From Eledone cirrhosa (Eukaryota), in assembly GCA_964016885.1 (NCBI GenBank), contig OZ024744.1, positions 96,038,001-96,102,000 on the forward strand: a stretch of 64,000 nucleotides of DNA, written 5' to 3'. Positions 40,680 to 54,450 of the stretch are shown here, in pieces. Within the stretch, counting starts at the first letter, position 1, and each line of letters begins with the position of its first letter. The notes under the pieces are model-generated. The model saw only the letters and a program-made list of their open reading frames with translations. It made no database searches and had not been told where the DNA came from. A program made the position numbers and the translations under genes.

Positions 40680-40715
40680 CTTTACCGGTTTCGCAGTTCT
40701 TCTGCTTTTCAAAAG
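40680..40715 (-). ncRNA. Degenerate hammerhead
   Basis: CTT-TTGAAAA-GCAG-AAGAA-CTGC-GAAA-CCGG-TA-AAG. The core is doubly mutated. Confidence 0.45.
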
Positions 40716-41386
40716 TAGAATTGAGATGGAGGGTCTGTGGTTTTTCTCACATCTGGTTGGTCTTTGAATGTTACTTCTGTTTTATATGGAAAGAAAGTGG
40801 CTCGAAATGCCAGGTTTTTAGAGAAGTAATTTGGTTTGTTGGTGAATAAATATAATAAATTTCGCGCCAGTTCGCGTTACAAAATTCTTCAAACAAAGAG
40901 GGTCTCAGGTTGTTTTTTCATATATAAGTGAAGTTTGGTTGCTTGATGCAGTCACGTGAATAAGCACATAAGCTTTCCCGCCAGTTTGTGTTTGAATTTC
41001 TTTTTACTTAAAAAAACGTGGCTCACGAAGTTTTTTTAATATAAATATAATTTGATTGGTTATAAATGAAATTATGGCTGTCACGTGAACAAGTACATTA
41101 AATTTCGCGCCCGTATTTTTGAATTTTTTTTATAGCCATTTAGAGAATTTTGTGCCAAACAAAAGATAATGGTCAAGAAAAAGGGATGGAGAAAGTTGTT
41201 CTGAGTATGACTGATGTTCTGAAATGTAATTTGATTGTTTATAAATGAAATTATGACTGCCACGTGAACAAGTACATTAAATTTCGCGCCGTATTTGGGA
41301 ATTTATTTTGTAGCCTTTTAGAGAGTTTTGTGCCAAACAAAAGATAATGGTCACGAAATTTCTCTAAAAGAAAATTCTCTAAAATT

Positions 41387-41454
<68 letters not shown>

Positions 41455-41547
41455 AAAGTTGAGACAGTAAACAGAAAACAAAAAAAAAAAACGTGGAAGC
41501 GAAGAGGCAGTACAAATGTTATTATAAGTTTCACGCTTGAGAGTGGG

Positions 41548-41582
41548 GGAGACGTTTCGGGCATAAGCCCTTCATCAGAAGA
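41548..41582 (-). ncRNA. Minimal PLE-type hammerhead remnant
   Basis: CTGATGA-AGGGC-TTAT-GCCC-GAAA-CGTC. Stem I is poor. Confidence 0.55.
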
Positions 41583-41783
41583 AAAGTGGACAGGAAGAGA
41601 GTTCCGAGGGTGTATAGAGGAGTGGTGGAAAGAAATTAAAAAAAATTATTTAAAAAAAAGGGGGGAGAGAAACTGGAGGAATATATATATATATATGGGA
41701 AAAGTATGACCCACTCTACTACCCTAAGTATTGAGTACTCTGGTGCGTTATGGTCCATCTGGTTCCTTACCAGAACTCCTTCG

Positions 41784-41853
<70 letters not shown>

Positions 41854-42013
41854 TTATGTAATAAACAACATAAGACAATTATTCCATTTACCAAAGGTTT
41901 CACGAAGACAGACGAGCTCGAAACAGACATCAGAAATCGCTCTCTTATGTTATTTATTACATAACTAAATAGCTCTGTAGCTTACAATAGAGCACTCTCC
42001 TTTCCTTACGGAA

Positions 42014-42079
<66 letters not shown>

Positions 42080-43298
42080 TACATACATACATACTACAAG
42101 TACAATCCATTAATAGAACAGTAAAATTATGTAAAACATTCCAAAAATTTTGCATCTAATAACTGCATATACACATGTACAGATACAAAGCATATACACA
42201 TGCACACATACAACTCAATACATACACATCCACACATACAATAACATCCATATCTACACATGCAGACATACATACATATCTACCTAGTTGATGTTGTGTA
42301 AATTCCAATGAGAGAGTCTTGTGTCTATGTTAGAAACCGACTCTCTCTCTCTATTGGTAAAACTTTGTGAAATTATAAAACCAGAACATACATACATACA
42401 TGGTGGCTGCCAACTCGTTTTCGAGTACGGCCACTACTTTATATCCATGTAGGAGAACCCCTACCGATGCGCTGAACGAGTGTGACTTTTTAGTCCAGCC
42501 AGCGACTTGAAAACTCTGGTACAAACACTACACTTGTGACAATTACTGACATATAGTGCTGGGCCCATGGTACCATGTGACGACAAGTGCAGAGATATCT
42601 CCAGATATAAAGCAATGCCTGTGCCGTGAAGCTTTTATAGTGAGCAAAGGCACTGCACAAAGCCAGTCCCACTCTCTTAACCAAGATGATATTTACCAAA
42701 AAGAAGAACAAGTCAACATCATTGGATACCATCAGGGTTGCAGGTGTTATATCAGAGTTTTCCTTCTCCTAGAATTCTGCCTTGACAAAGGCTAAGGGGT
42801 CATCTCTCCCGGTGACAAAGGCTAAGGGGTCATCTCTCCCGGATACATACATACATACATACATACATACATACATACATACATACACACATACATACAC
42901 ACATATATACACACAAACATACATACATACATACATACATACTTACATACATACTTACATACATACACACATACATACACACATACATACATACATACAT
43001 ACATACATACATACATACACACATACATACATACATACATACATACACACATACATACATATAACAAGGGCCTTGTTACTTTTTTAAACGTCTATGTTTT
43101 ATTTTTTGTTTATTTGATATAATAAATCATTTTTTAATATCTGAACTTCATTTGAATATATAAAATTTAATTAGCGTAAAATGTTACTTATGTGATAGGG
43201 TCCGGGAAAGGCACCATAAGCAATACTAACATGCTCCTTTAAGAACCAACAAATGTTGGTTTGTCCCCCTCACATTTTTAAAGCAAACGAGGCCCTTG

Positions 43299-43384
<86 letters not shown>

Positions 43385-44077
43385 CTAGCTAAACTACCCG
43401 TCCTTTGGACAGTTCAAGTAGCTTTCGATGTAGCTCATTAAAATAAACAAAGTAAATTTGAATACATAGAAGAAAAACGTACTTTATGTAAACATGAAAA
43501 CCTTAGGCGCTATTCCAGCGAAATAATTAATATGTGAGCTCGGTGTCTTTTTTGACAACAGTAAAAGCGCATCATGAAATAGAAGTGAAGTGAATAATAG
43601 ACACTATTATATACAAAGCATAATATTGTAAAAGTTATGCCATCACTTAATGTATTAACATCAAGCTTGAAACGATAAATTATACAATGTCAAATCTATA
43701 ACTTAACTTAGTAATCTGTTAGAAATTTCTGGTTGACATACACTGAAATATACAAAATGATATTGTTAGTCTCTTTCTTTCAAGTACAAAGAGTAAATTA
43801 AAATCCGAATGAGCCGAATTACGAAAGATAACTCTTGATTACTTGTCTTACTTAATCACGAAAATTCACACAAATAACCGAAACTTTTTTAATGTCTCCA
43901 AAGGCCCCAATATCGATCTTTGAAAGCCTTTCTAGATCATGTACAGGTTTTGTGCAAGGAGAAACTCTGTAAAAAATTTCAAAGAAATCGCATGAATGGT
44001 TTAGAATATATGAGCCCTCATTAAAAATTGTCCACACACACACATACAGAAAACTACAGATTTATATATATACAGAT
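43385..44077 (-). mobile_element. Non-autonomous Helitron
   Basis: Minus strand begins A|TCTGTATATATATAAA and ends with a subterminal hairpin (GTCC-AAA-GGAC) plus CTAG|T. Confidence 0.65.
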
Positions 44078-44201
44078 AACTAGCGAAGTTATTGTAGGTT
44101 CTCCCAGGTGAGCACTCGATGTTTAGGTTCACGTCAGTGGCGAGGTGATGAGCTAGACAGAATGTAATATAATAATATTTATTGTGTATTACTACTACAG
44201 A

Positions 44202-44286
44202 GGTCCGACGTGCTTTTGATTCCAGAGTCGGGCCAGATCGATACATATCGAACTATGAGCTGATCAGTAGTGAAACGCGCGTCACC
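44202..44286 (+). ncRNA. Decayed hammerhead of the 2366/14294 family
   Basis: GGT-CCGACGT-GCTTTTGAT-TCCAGAG...GAGCTG-ATCAGTAGT-GAAA-CGCGCG-TC-ACC. Confidence 0.55.
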
Positions 44287-44701
44287 AGCCACTAAACGTA
44301 ACGAAGGAGTAACCATTCATCCTTGTATTATTATACATAAATATATATATTAAAAAGTGACAAGGGCAGTGTGCGGTTACTAATAAATATTATTTAGAAA
44401 ACGTAAGAGAAACAAACATAAACACAAGGACAATTCCCACTCATCAGCTGTCTTCTGTGGATCACTGATGTTTCGAACGCATTAAAGACATCTCACCACA
44501 GTGCGTTGATAACTAGGAGGGCTAGCTATCTGAAGAAAACCCCCCCCCCCCCCCCCAAAAAAAAACAGAGACGATAACGAAGAGAACGACAAAAAAAAAA
44601 GAAAACACAAAAGAGAAAAAACATACCGATGGAGGAGGGGGAAAACACTAGACAGCAGTACATGGAAGTTGCAGTAACCGGGGCGAGAGAGGGAGAGAGT
44701 G

Positions 44702-44789
<88 letters not shown>

Positions 44790-44791
<2 letters not shown>

Positions 44792-45300
44792 GTTAATGTA
44801 GAGACCGAACTTAAGTCCTGAACCTGCCCGAGAGAGAAAGAGAGAAAAGCAACGTCTGATCATAGCGAGAACAGGAGCAAAAAAGGAAGAGCCGAAGGGA
44901 AACGAAAGTTAGGGGAGGGAGAATTGGTAAGGGACCAGAGAGAGAGAGAGAGAGAGGGAGAGACGTTAATGTAGAGACCGAACTTAAGTCCTGAACCTGC
45001 CCGAGAGAGAAAGAGAGAAAAGCAACGTCTGATCATAGCGAGAACAGGAGCAAAAAAGGAAGAGCCGAAGGGAAACGAAAGTTAGGGGAGGGAGAATTGG
45101 TAAGGGACCAGAGAGAGAGAGAGAGAGAGGGAGAGACGTTAATGTAGAGACCGAACTTAAGTCCTGAACCTGCCCGAGAGAGAAAGAGAGAAAAGCAACG
45201 TCTGATCATAGCGAGAACAGGAGCAAAAAGGAAGAGCCGAAGGGAAACGAAAGTTAGGGGAGGGAGAATTGGTAAGGGACCAGAGAGAGGGAGAGAGAGA
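44790..45300. repeat. 173-bp tandem repeat, three copies, delimited by (GA)n
   Basis: CGTTAATGTAGAGACCG at 44791, 44964 and 45137. Confidence 0.95.
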
Positions 45301-45597
45301 GAGAGGGAGAGGGAGAAAGGAAATAGATGGTGAGAGAGAAAGAGAGAGAAAGGAAGAAGGAAAACAGTTAATCCAAGGTGGCTGAACTTAAGTCCCAAAG
45401 CCGAATTAATAACAAGCAAGATTAGGAGAATAGGGAGAACGGATGTCACAGCAATAAATTAATATGAATTAAAAAATGACAAAGGCGCTGTGGGGTAATT
45501 GCTGGCCTTGTGCCTAAAGTAGGAACAATTATTTAGAAAGCGTAAGAGAAACACACACACACACACACATACACATATATATATATATATACACACA

Positions 45598-45785
45598 GGG
45601 CGGTGGATTGGCAGTATCGGTAGAGGGTCGGACGCCATGCTTTGCAGCACAGTTACGTCCCTTTACGGACTGAGTTCAAAACTCGCCGAGGTTAACTTTT
45701 CCTTTCATCCTTAAGGGGTCGATAAAATAAAGTACCAGTAATACACTGGGATAATTGCTGGCCTTGTGCCAAAAGTAGAAACAAT
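45598..45785 (+). mobile_element. Family-A SINE
   Basis: Full copy with A and B boxes. Confidence 0.9.
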
Positions 45786-45810
45786 ATATATATATACACA
45801 CATACACACA

Positions 45811-45875
45811 CAGGGTATCCCCCCAAAATATATACACATTTCAACAGCGTATATACATTTTTTGGGAACACCCTG
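45811..45875. mobile_element. Tiny Tc1/mariner-like MITE
   Basis: CAGGGTATCCCCCCAAAA ... TTTTTGGGAACACCCTG-TA. Confidence 0.55.
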
Positions 45876-45914
45876 TATATGTAATTATGGGTTTTCTATC
45901 GGATAATCTATAAT

Positions 45915-46097
45915 ATAATTGTTTCTACTTTAGGCACAAGGCCAGCAATTACCCCAGTACATTACTGGTACTTTATTTTATCGACCCCCGTAAAGATGAA
46001 AGGCAAAGTTAACCACGGCGGGATTTGAACTCAGACCGTAAAGGGACGTAACTATGCTGGAAAGCATGGCGTCCGACCCTCTACCAATACTGCCAAT
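45915..46097 (-). mobile_element. Family-A SINE
   Basis: Homology to 180-369. Confidence 0.9.
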
Positions 46098-47065
46098 AAT
46101 AAAGGGAAGAGTGCGGGGCAGCGTCCGTTTTATATTTTTTTTTATCCCGTTAGTAAAATAAGTTGGATTACTTTGAATAAATAATGAATGAATATTATGT
46201 AATTTATCTATAAATTTCGTAGCTGTTGATTAAATATAAATATTCTTATATATAAATGATTGCTTATTTTAAGATTCACTTCTTTAACATTTTCAAATGT
46301 CAACACTTCCGGTTAGCGTCCGTTATATTATAACACTTATCACATCGCTTATATAAATGTTCAAATATTTGCTTCGTTATATAAGGTTTATATTTAGGTC
46401 GCTAATTTTCTACTTTTTCGTTTTCATAACATTTTAGTTTATTATATATGCAGTTTATATATAATATCGTCTTTTTTTAAAAATGTATCATGGATTACTT
46501 TACTGATTACATAAGACAGTGTAACGCAGAATTCGTTCAATTTCTGTGCATATTGTCAATTACAATTTTATTTTATGTATCATATCTACATGTATATATA
46601 CTTGCGTATAATATCACCCGAAGGGTGGTTTTTTTGCTAGTAATTATAATATTTAATTCGTTTGCAAGCAAACAGTCTCTATGCATTTTTATTTGTTTTT
46701 GATGACCATCGTCGTCCGTTTGTTCAACAGTAGTATCGAAGAACACTCAATAAGTTATTGCCCTCGACAGGACTGTGTACTTCTCTGCTATTTGCTTGAA
46801 CTGTTGAAAATATATAGTACTTTCTAAAGTATACATTGGCTGATTAGACTAATTTGCATACCGAACGATGTATGTATTTTTTTGTTGAAACATGTGTAAG
46901 ACCATAAAATATCTAAAAATTCTTCATCTTGATTGTTTATCCATTATATTATATGTTAGCAATTGGAAAGACCAATGGAAACATTGTTTCCTCGGTCCGA
47001 TTTGACGAAAGTCGATCGACTACAAAAAAAAAAAAAATTATATGTTAATATATAAGTAAAATGTA

Positions 47066-47391
47066 AAGGCGCATGGCTTACAATCGTGAAGTTATGAATT
47101 CGATTCTCGGACCGGGGTTTACGTTATTTCCTTGAACAAGACACTTTATTTCACGTCGCTCCAGTTCACTCAGTTGTAGAAATGAGTTGCAACGTCACTG
47201 GTGTCAAGCTGTATCAGTCATTGCCTTTCCCTTGGACAATGTTAGTGGCATGGAGACGGGTGACTGGTATACATGGGCGACTGCTGGTCTTCTACAGACA
47301 ACCTTGCCTGGACTTGTGCCTCAGAGGGGAACTTTCTAGGGGCAAATCACATGATCATTCGTAACCGAAGGGAGTCTCTACTTTACCCTTT
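47066..47391 (+). mobile_element. Family-B SINE
   Basis: GGCGCATGGCTTA..TTCGATTCTCGGACC..CCTTGAACAAGACACTTTATTTCACG, with a TTTACCCTT tail. Confidence 0.8.
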
Positions 47392-47666
47392 AAGTATAAT
47401 GTATACGTTAAATTAAAATGTTTCATCATATATTGTTTAATGACACGTTTATCAGATGAGAGAAAAATGTGGTGTGTATGTATGAGTGTGTGAGTGTGCG
47501 CGCGTGTGTGTGTATGAGTGTGTGTGCGCGCAAACATTTGAGGTCGATAAAAAAAGTACCAGTCTAGTACTGGGTTGATTCTTCCTCTATATCCTTTTCT
47601 CACTTCCATTCTCCCACTCTCTTTATCCTTCCTGATGTATACAGATCTAGAGAAGAGATGGGCTTC

Positions 47667-47898
47667 CGCTAGGTTTAAAAAAAATGCCCTAGAAACGACT
47701 TATATCAATATGGGGCAGTTAGGTTTTAAAAAAATGTCCTAGAAACGACCTATGTCAATATGGGGTCGCTAGGTTTAAAAACTGCCTTAGAAACGACTTA
47801 TATCAATATGGGGCAGTTAGGTTTTTTAAAAATGCCCCGGAAACGACCTATGTCAATATGGGGTCGCTAGGTTTAAAACAATGCCCTATAAATGACCT
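47667..47898. repeat. About 50-bp minisatellite with alternating dimer structure
   Basis: TAGGTTT(A)n..GAAACGAC(T/C)TAT(A/G)TCAATATGGGG, about 4.5 copies. Confidence 0.85.
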
Positions 47899-48017
47899 CA
47901 ACAACGTCACCAGGATATACGGGACCATACGCACAATGGGCTTAAGTTGATTTCTCAAAGAAGGTAAATAGCTTATTGTAGACAAAGAAATTGCATCTGT
48001 AATGCAGTTCACAGTAC

Positions 48018-51000
48018 CCACATGGACCTTCTGGTATTGATAGCTGTAATACACCACATGGACCATATGGCAATGATAGCTGTAATACACCACATGGACC
48101 TTCTGGCAATGATAGCTGTAATACACCACATGGACCTTCTGGCAATGATAGCTGTAATACACCACATGGACCTTCTGGCAATGATAGCTGTAATACACCA
48201 CATGGCCCTTCTGGCAATGATAGCTGTAATACACCACATGGACCTTCTGGCAATGATAGCTGTAATACACCACATGGACCTTCTGGCAATGATAGCTGTA
48301 ATACACCACATGGACCTTCTGGCAATGATAGCTGTAATACACCACATGGCCCTTCTGGCAATGATAGCTGTAATACACCACATGGACCTTCTGGCAATGA
48401 TAGCTGTAATACACCACATGGACCTTCTGGCAATGATAGCTGTAATACACCACATGGCCCTTCTGGCAATGATAGCTGTAATACACCACATGGACCTTCT
48501 GGCAATGATAGCTGTAATACACCACATGGCCCTTCTGGCAATGATAGCTGTAATACACCACATGGACCTTCTGGCAATGATAACTGTAATACACCACACC
48601 ACCTTTCTGGCAATGATAGCTGTAATACACCACATGGACCTTCTGGCAATGATAGCTGTAATACACCACATGGACCTTCTGGCAATGATAGCTGTAATAC
48701 ACCACATGGACCTTCTGGCAATGATAGCTGTAATACACCACATGGACCTACTGGCAATGATAGCTGTAATACACCACATGGACCTTCTGGCAATGATAGC
48801 TGTAATACACCACATGGACCTTTTGGCAATGATAGCTGTAATACACCACATGGACCTTCTGGCAATGATAGCTGTAATACACCACATGGCCCTTCTGGCA
48901 ATGATAGCTGTAATACACCACATGGACCTTCTGGCAATGATAGCTGTAATACACCACATGGACCTTCTGGCAATGATAGCTGTAATACACCACATGGCCC
49001 TTCTGGCAATGATAGCTGTAATACACCACATGGACCTTCTGGCAATGATAGCTGTAATACACCACATGGACCTTCTGGCAATGATAGCTGTAATACACCA
49101 CATGGACCTTCTGGCAATGATAGCTGTAATACACCACATGGACCTTCTGGCAATGATAGCTGTAATACACCACATGGACCTTCTGGCAATGATAGCTGTA
49201 ATACACCACATGGACCTTCTGGCAATGATAGCTGTAATACACCACATGGACCTTCTGGCAATGATAGCTGTAATACACCACATGGACCTTCTGGCAATGA
49301 TAGCTGTAATACACCACATGGACCTTCTGGCAATGATAGCTGTAATACACCACATGGCCCTTCTGGCAATGATAGCTGTAATACACCACATGGACCTTCT
49401 GGCAATGATAGCTGTAATACACCACATGGACCTTCTGGCAATGATAGCTGTAATACACCACATGGACCTTCTGGCAATGATAGCTGTAATACACCACATG
49501 GCCCTTCTGGCAATGATAGCTGTAATACACCACATGGACCTTCTGGCAATGATAGCTGTAATACACCACATGGCCCTTCTGGCAATGATAGCTGTAATAC
49601 ACCACATGGACCTTCTGGCAATGATAGCTGCAATACACCACATGGACCTTCTGGCAATGATAGCTGTAATACACCACATGGACCTTCTGGCAATGATAAC
49701 TGTAATACACCACACCACCTTTCTGGCAATGATAGCTGTAATACACCACATGGACCTTCTGGCAATGATAGCTGTAATACACCACATGGACCTTCTGGCA
49801 ATGATAGCTGTAATACACCACATGGACCTTCTGGCAATGATAGCTGTAATACACCACATGGCCCTTCTGGCAATGATAGTTGTAATACACCACATGGACC
49901 TTCTGGCAATGATAGCTGTAATACACCACATGGACCTTCTGGCAATGATAGCTGTAATACACCACATGGACCTTCTGGCAATGATAACTGTAATACACCA
50001 CACCACCTTTCTGGCAATGATAGCTGTAATACACCACATGGACCTTCTGGCAATGGTAGCTGTAATACACCACATGGACCTTCTGGCAATGATAGCTGTA
50101 ATACACCACATGGACCTTCTGGCAATGATAGCTGTAATACACCACATGGACCTACTGGCAATGATAGCTGTAATACACCACATGGACCTTCTGGCAATGA
50201 TAGCTGTAATACACCACATGGACCTTCTGGCAATGATAGCTGTAATACACCACATGGACCTTCTGGCAATGATAGCTGTAATACACCACATGGCCCTTCT
50301 GGCAATGATAGCTGTAATACACCACATGGACCTTCTGGCAATGATAGCTGTAATACACCACATGGACCTTCTGGCAATGATAGCTGTAATACACCACATG
50401 GCCCTTCTGGCAATGATAGCTGTAATACACCACATGGACCTTCTGGCAATGATAGCTGTAATACACCACATGGACCTTCTGGCAATGATAGCTGTAATAC
50501 ACCACATGGACCTTCTGGCAATGATAGCTGTAATACACCACATGGACCTTCTGGCAATGATAGCTGTAATACACCACATGGACCTACTGGCAATGATAGC
50601 TGTAATACACCACATGGACCTTCTGGCAATGATAGCCGTAATACACCACATGGACCTTCTGGCAATGATAGCTGTAATACACCACATGGACCTTCTGGCA
50701 ATGATAGCTGTAATACACCACATGGACCTTCTGGCAATGATAGCTGTAATACACCACATGGACCTTCTGGCAATGATAGCTGTAATACACCACATGGACC
50801 TTCTGGCAATGATAGCTGTAATACACCACATGGACCTTCTGGCAATGATAGCTGTAATACACCACATGGACCTTCTGGCAATGATAGCTGTAATACACCA
50901 CATGGACTTACTGGCAATGATAGCTGTAATACACCACATGGACCTTCTGGCAATGATAGCTGTAATACACCACATGGGCCTTCTGGCAATGATAGCTGTA

Positions 51001-52930
51001 ATACACCACATGGACCTTCTGGCAATGATAGCTGTAATACACGACATGGCCCTTCTGGCAATGATAGCTGTAATACACCACATGGCCCTTCTGGCAATGA
51101 TAGCTGTAATACACCACATGGACCTTCTGGCAATGATAACTGTAATACACCACACCACCTTTCTGGCAATGATAGCTGTAATACACCACATGGCCCTTCT
51201 GGCAATGATAGCTGTAATACACCACATGGCCCTTCTGGCAATGATAGCTGTAATACACCACATGGACCTTCTGGCAATGATAGCTGTAATACACCACATG
51301 GACCTTCTGGCAATGATAGCTGTAATACACCACATGGACCTTCTGGCAATGATAGCTGTAATACACCACATGGACCTTCTGGCAATGATAGCTGTAATAC
51401 ACCACATGGACCTTCTGGCAATGATAGCTGTAATACACCACATGGCCCTTCTGGCAATGATAGCTGTAATACACCACATGGACCTTCTGGCAATGATAGC
51501 TGTAATACACCACATGGACCTTCTGGCAATGATAGCTGTAATACACCACATGGCCCTTCTGGCAATGATAGCTGTAATACACCACATGGACCTTCTGGCA
51601 ATGATAGCTGTAATACACCACATGGCCCTTCTGGCAATGATAGCTGTAATACACCACATGGACCTTCTGGCAATGATAGCTGTAATACACCACATGGACC
51701 TTCTGGCAATGATAGCTGTAATACACCACATGGACCTTCTGGCAATGATAACTGTAATACACCACACCACCTTTCTGGCAATGATAGCTGTAATACACCA
51801 CATGGACCTTCTGGCAATGATAGCTGTAATACACCACATGGACCTTCTGGCAATGATAGCTGTAATACACCACATGGACCTTCTGGCAATGATAGCTGTA
51901 ATACACCACATGGACCTTCTGGCAATGATAGCTGTAATACACCACATGGCCCTTCTGGCAATGATAGCTGTAATACACCACATGGACCTTCTGGCAATGA
52001 TAGCTGTAATACACCACATGGACCTTCTGGCAATGATAGCTGTAATACACCACATGGACCTTCTGGCAATGATAGCTGTAATACACCACATGGACCTTCT
52101 GGCAATGATAGCTGTAATACACCACATGGACCTTCTGGCAATGATAGCTGTAATACACCACATGGACCTTCTGGCAATGATAGCTGTAATACACCACATG
52201 GACCTACTGGCAATGATAGCTGTAATACACCACATGGACCTTCTGGCAATGATAGCTGTAATACACCACATGGACCTTCTGGCAATGATAGCTGTAATAC
52301 ACCACATGGACCTTCTGGCAATGAAAGCTGTAATACACCACATGGACCTACTGGCAATGATAGCTGTAATACACCACATGGACCTTCTGGCAATGATAGC
52401 TGTAATACACCACACCACCTTTCTGGTATTGATAGCTGTAATACACCCACATGGACCTACTGGCAATGATAGCTGTAATACACCACATGGACCTTCTGGC
52501 AATGATAGCTGTAATACACCCACATGGACCTTCTGGCAATGATAGCTGTAATACACCACATGGACCTTCTGGCAATGATAGCTGTAATACACCACATGGA
52601 CCTTCTGGCAATGATAGCTGTAATACACCACATGGACCTTCTGGCAATGATAGCTGTAATACACCACATGGACCTTCTGGCAATGATAGCTGTAATACAC
52701 CACATGGACCTACTGGCAATGATAGCTGTAATACACCACATGGACCTTCTGGCAATGATAGCTGTAATACACCACATGGACCTTCTGGCAATGATAGCTG
52801 TAATACACCACATGGACCTTCTGGCAATGATAGCTGTAATACACCACACCACCTTTCTGGCATTGATAGCTGTAATACACCACACCCCAGCACACCACAT
52901 TTCTGGTAAGAGTAGCTGTAATACACCATA
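48018..52930. repeat. 36-bp tandem satellite, about 135 copies (CACATGGACCTTCTGGCAATGATAGCTGTAATACAC)
   Basis: Direct reading. Highly homogeneous, and grades into (CACCA)n at 52930-53135. Confidence 0.97.
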
Positions 52931-53782
52931 CCACTCCAACCCACACCACACTACACCAAGCCACAACACACAACACTACACCACACCACACAACACTACA
53001 CAACACTACACCACACTACACTAAATCACACAACACAACACTACACCACACCAGACTACACCACACTAAACCACACCACACCACCTAACACTACACCACA
53101 CCCCACTACACCACACCACACTACACCACACCACCTTTCTGGCAATTACAACTGTCGTACACACCTTCCTAGCAATGAGGTAACTCTCATACACTTGTCC
53201 CAATTGTTTAATAGTACAAACCAACATTATTGAAAACTATATATATATATATATATATATTAATTTCAACAATGTCAGTATTCCGTGTGTCATAATTCTC
53301 GATTATCATTGGTTCATAGGTTTCAAACGACTCCGCCCACCTCAACGACGCCAAACTTAAATTAATATGCATAATGCCAATGAGGGAGTGAGAGGGGAGA
53401 GAGAGGCAAAGTGAACGCTGTGTTTAGATACACTATATATATGTGTCAGTGTAGAGATATGTGTGATGTGTGTGGAAATAAGAGGGGAAAGAAAGCAATA
53501 ACTACTAACATGTGTACGTGCGCGTATGTTTATGTGTGTGTGCGTGCAGCGTTCCACAGAAAGTAAAAACTATCAACATGTGCGAGTGTGTGCGTGTGTG
53601 TAAGTTTGCGTGCGTGTGCGCGTTTCCATGCGTGTATGTGTGTGTACGTGCGGCATCCCACAATCGCCTCGTTTATCTGTCTGTGTGCCTGTCTGTCAGT
53701 CTAACATACACAGAGTTGTGAAGGGAGTAAATAGGGACCTTTTTTTTTACATTGACAGACATCTTTTATATTAATTATCTAT

Positions 53783-54129
53783 ATCTATATCTACATATAA
53801 TATAAAAGATTGGAACTTCCATCATCCTTTTGAGAAACGTGGAACAACCACGTCTATGCAATGATACACGTTTTACAGTCAGGCAGAAGATGAACCATCT
53901 CCTAGAGGTCACTATTCTAGGTGGGAGCACCTAGAATTGTTCACATACTATCGACAAACGGTACAACGAAGAATCTGGAAGATTTTTTAAACTGTTTTTT
54001 GTATCATACCCAGACACCACGGACCCGCCTCATACTGTAACCAGACAAACATCCAATACAGTCATTTTCTCTTTTACCTGTCTTCTCTTATAATCTGTTT
54101 ACCCGAGCGAAGCTGGGTACGTCAGCTAG
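53783..54129 (+). mobile_element. Non-autonomous Helitron
   Basis: 5' TCTATATCTACATATAATATAAAAG. 3' hairpin ACCCGAGC-GAA-GCTGGGT followed by CTAG|T. Confidence 0.72.
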
Positions 54130-54236
54130 TATATATAAATGAAGAATTCTGACGACTGAAGACAGACACAACATCTGCCTTCAAGAAACCACTGGTAAAT
54201 GAAATAATTATTTTATGTTGTTTATTACATAACTAA

Positions 54237-54329
<93 letters not shown>

Positions 54330-54365
54330 CGTACATACATACATACATACACATATATATATGTG

Positions 54366-54447
<82 letters not shown>

Positions 54448-54450
<3 letters not shown>

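Noticed and set aside
42400-42840. Possible RTE 5'-UTR-derived repeat (GAGTTTTCCTTCTCCTAG)
   Set aside because: Only a short recalled motif, so boundaries and identity cannot be supported.
48018-52930. 36-bp repeats as a CRISPR array
   Set aside because: Units are contiguous with no spacers, there are no cas genes, and the DNA is eukaryotic.
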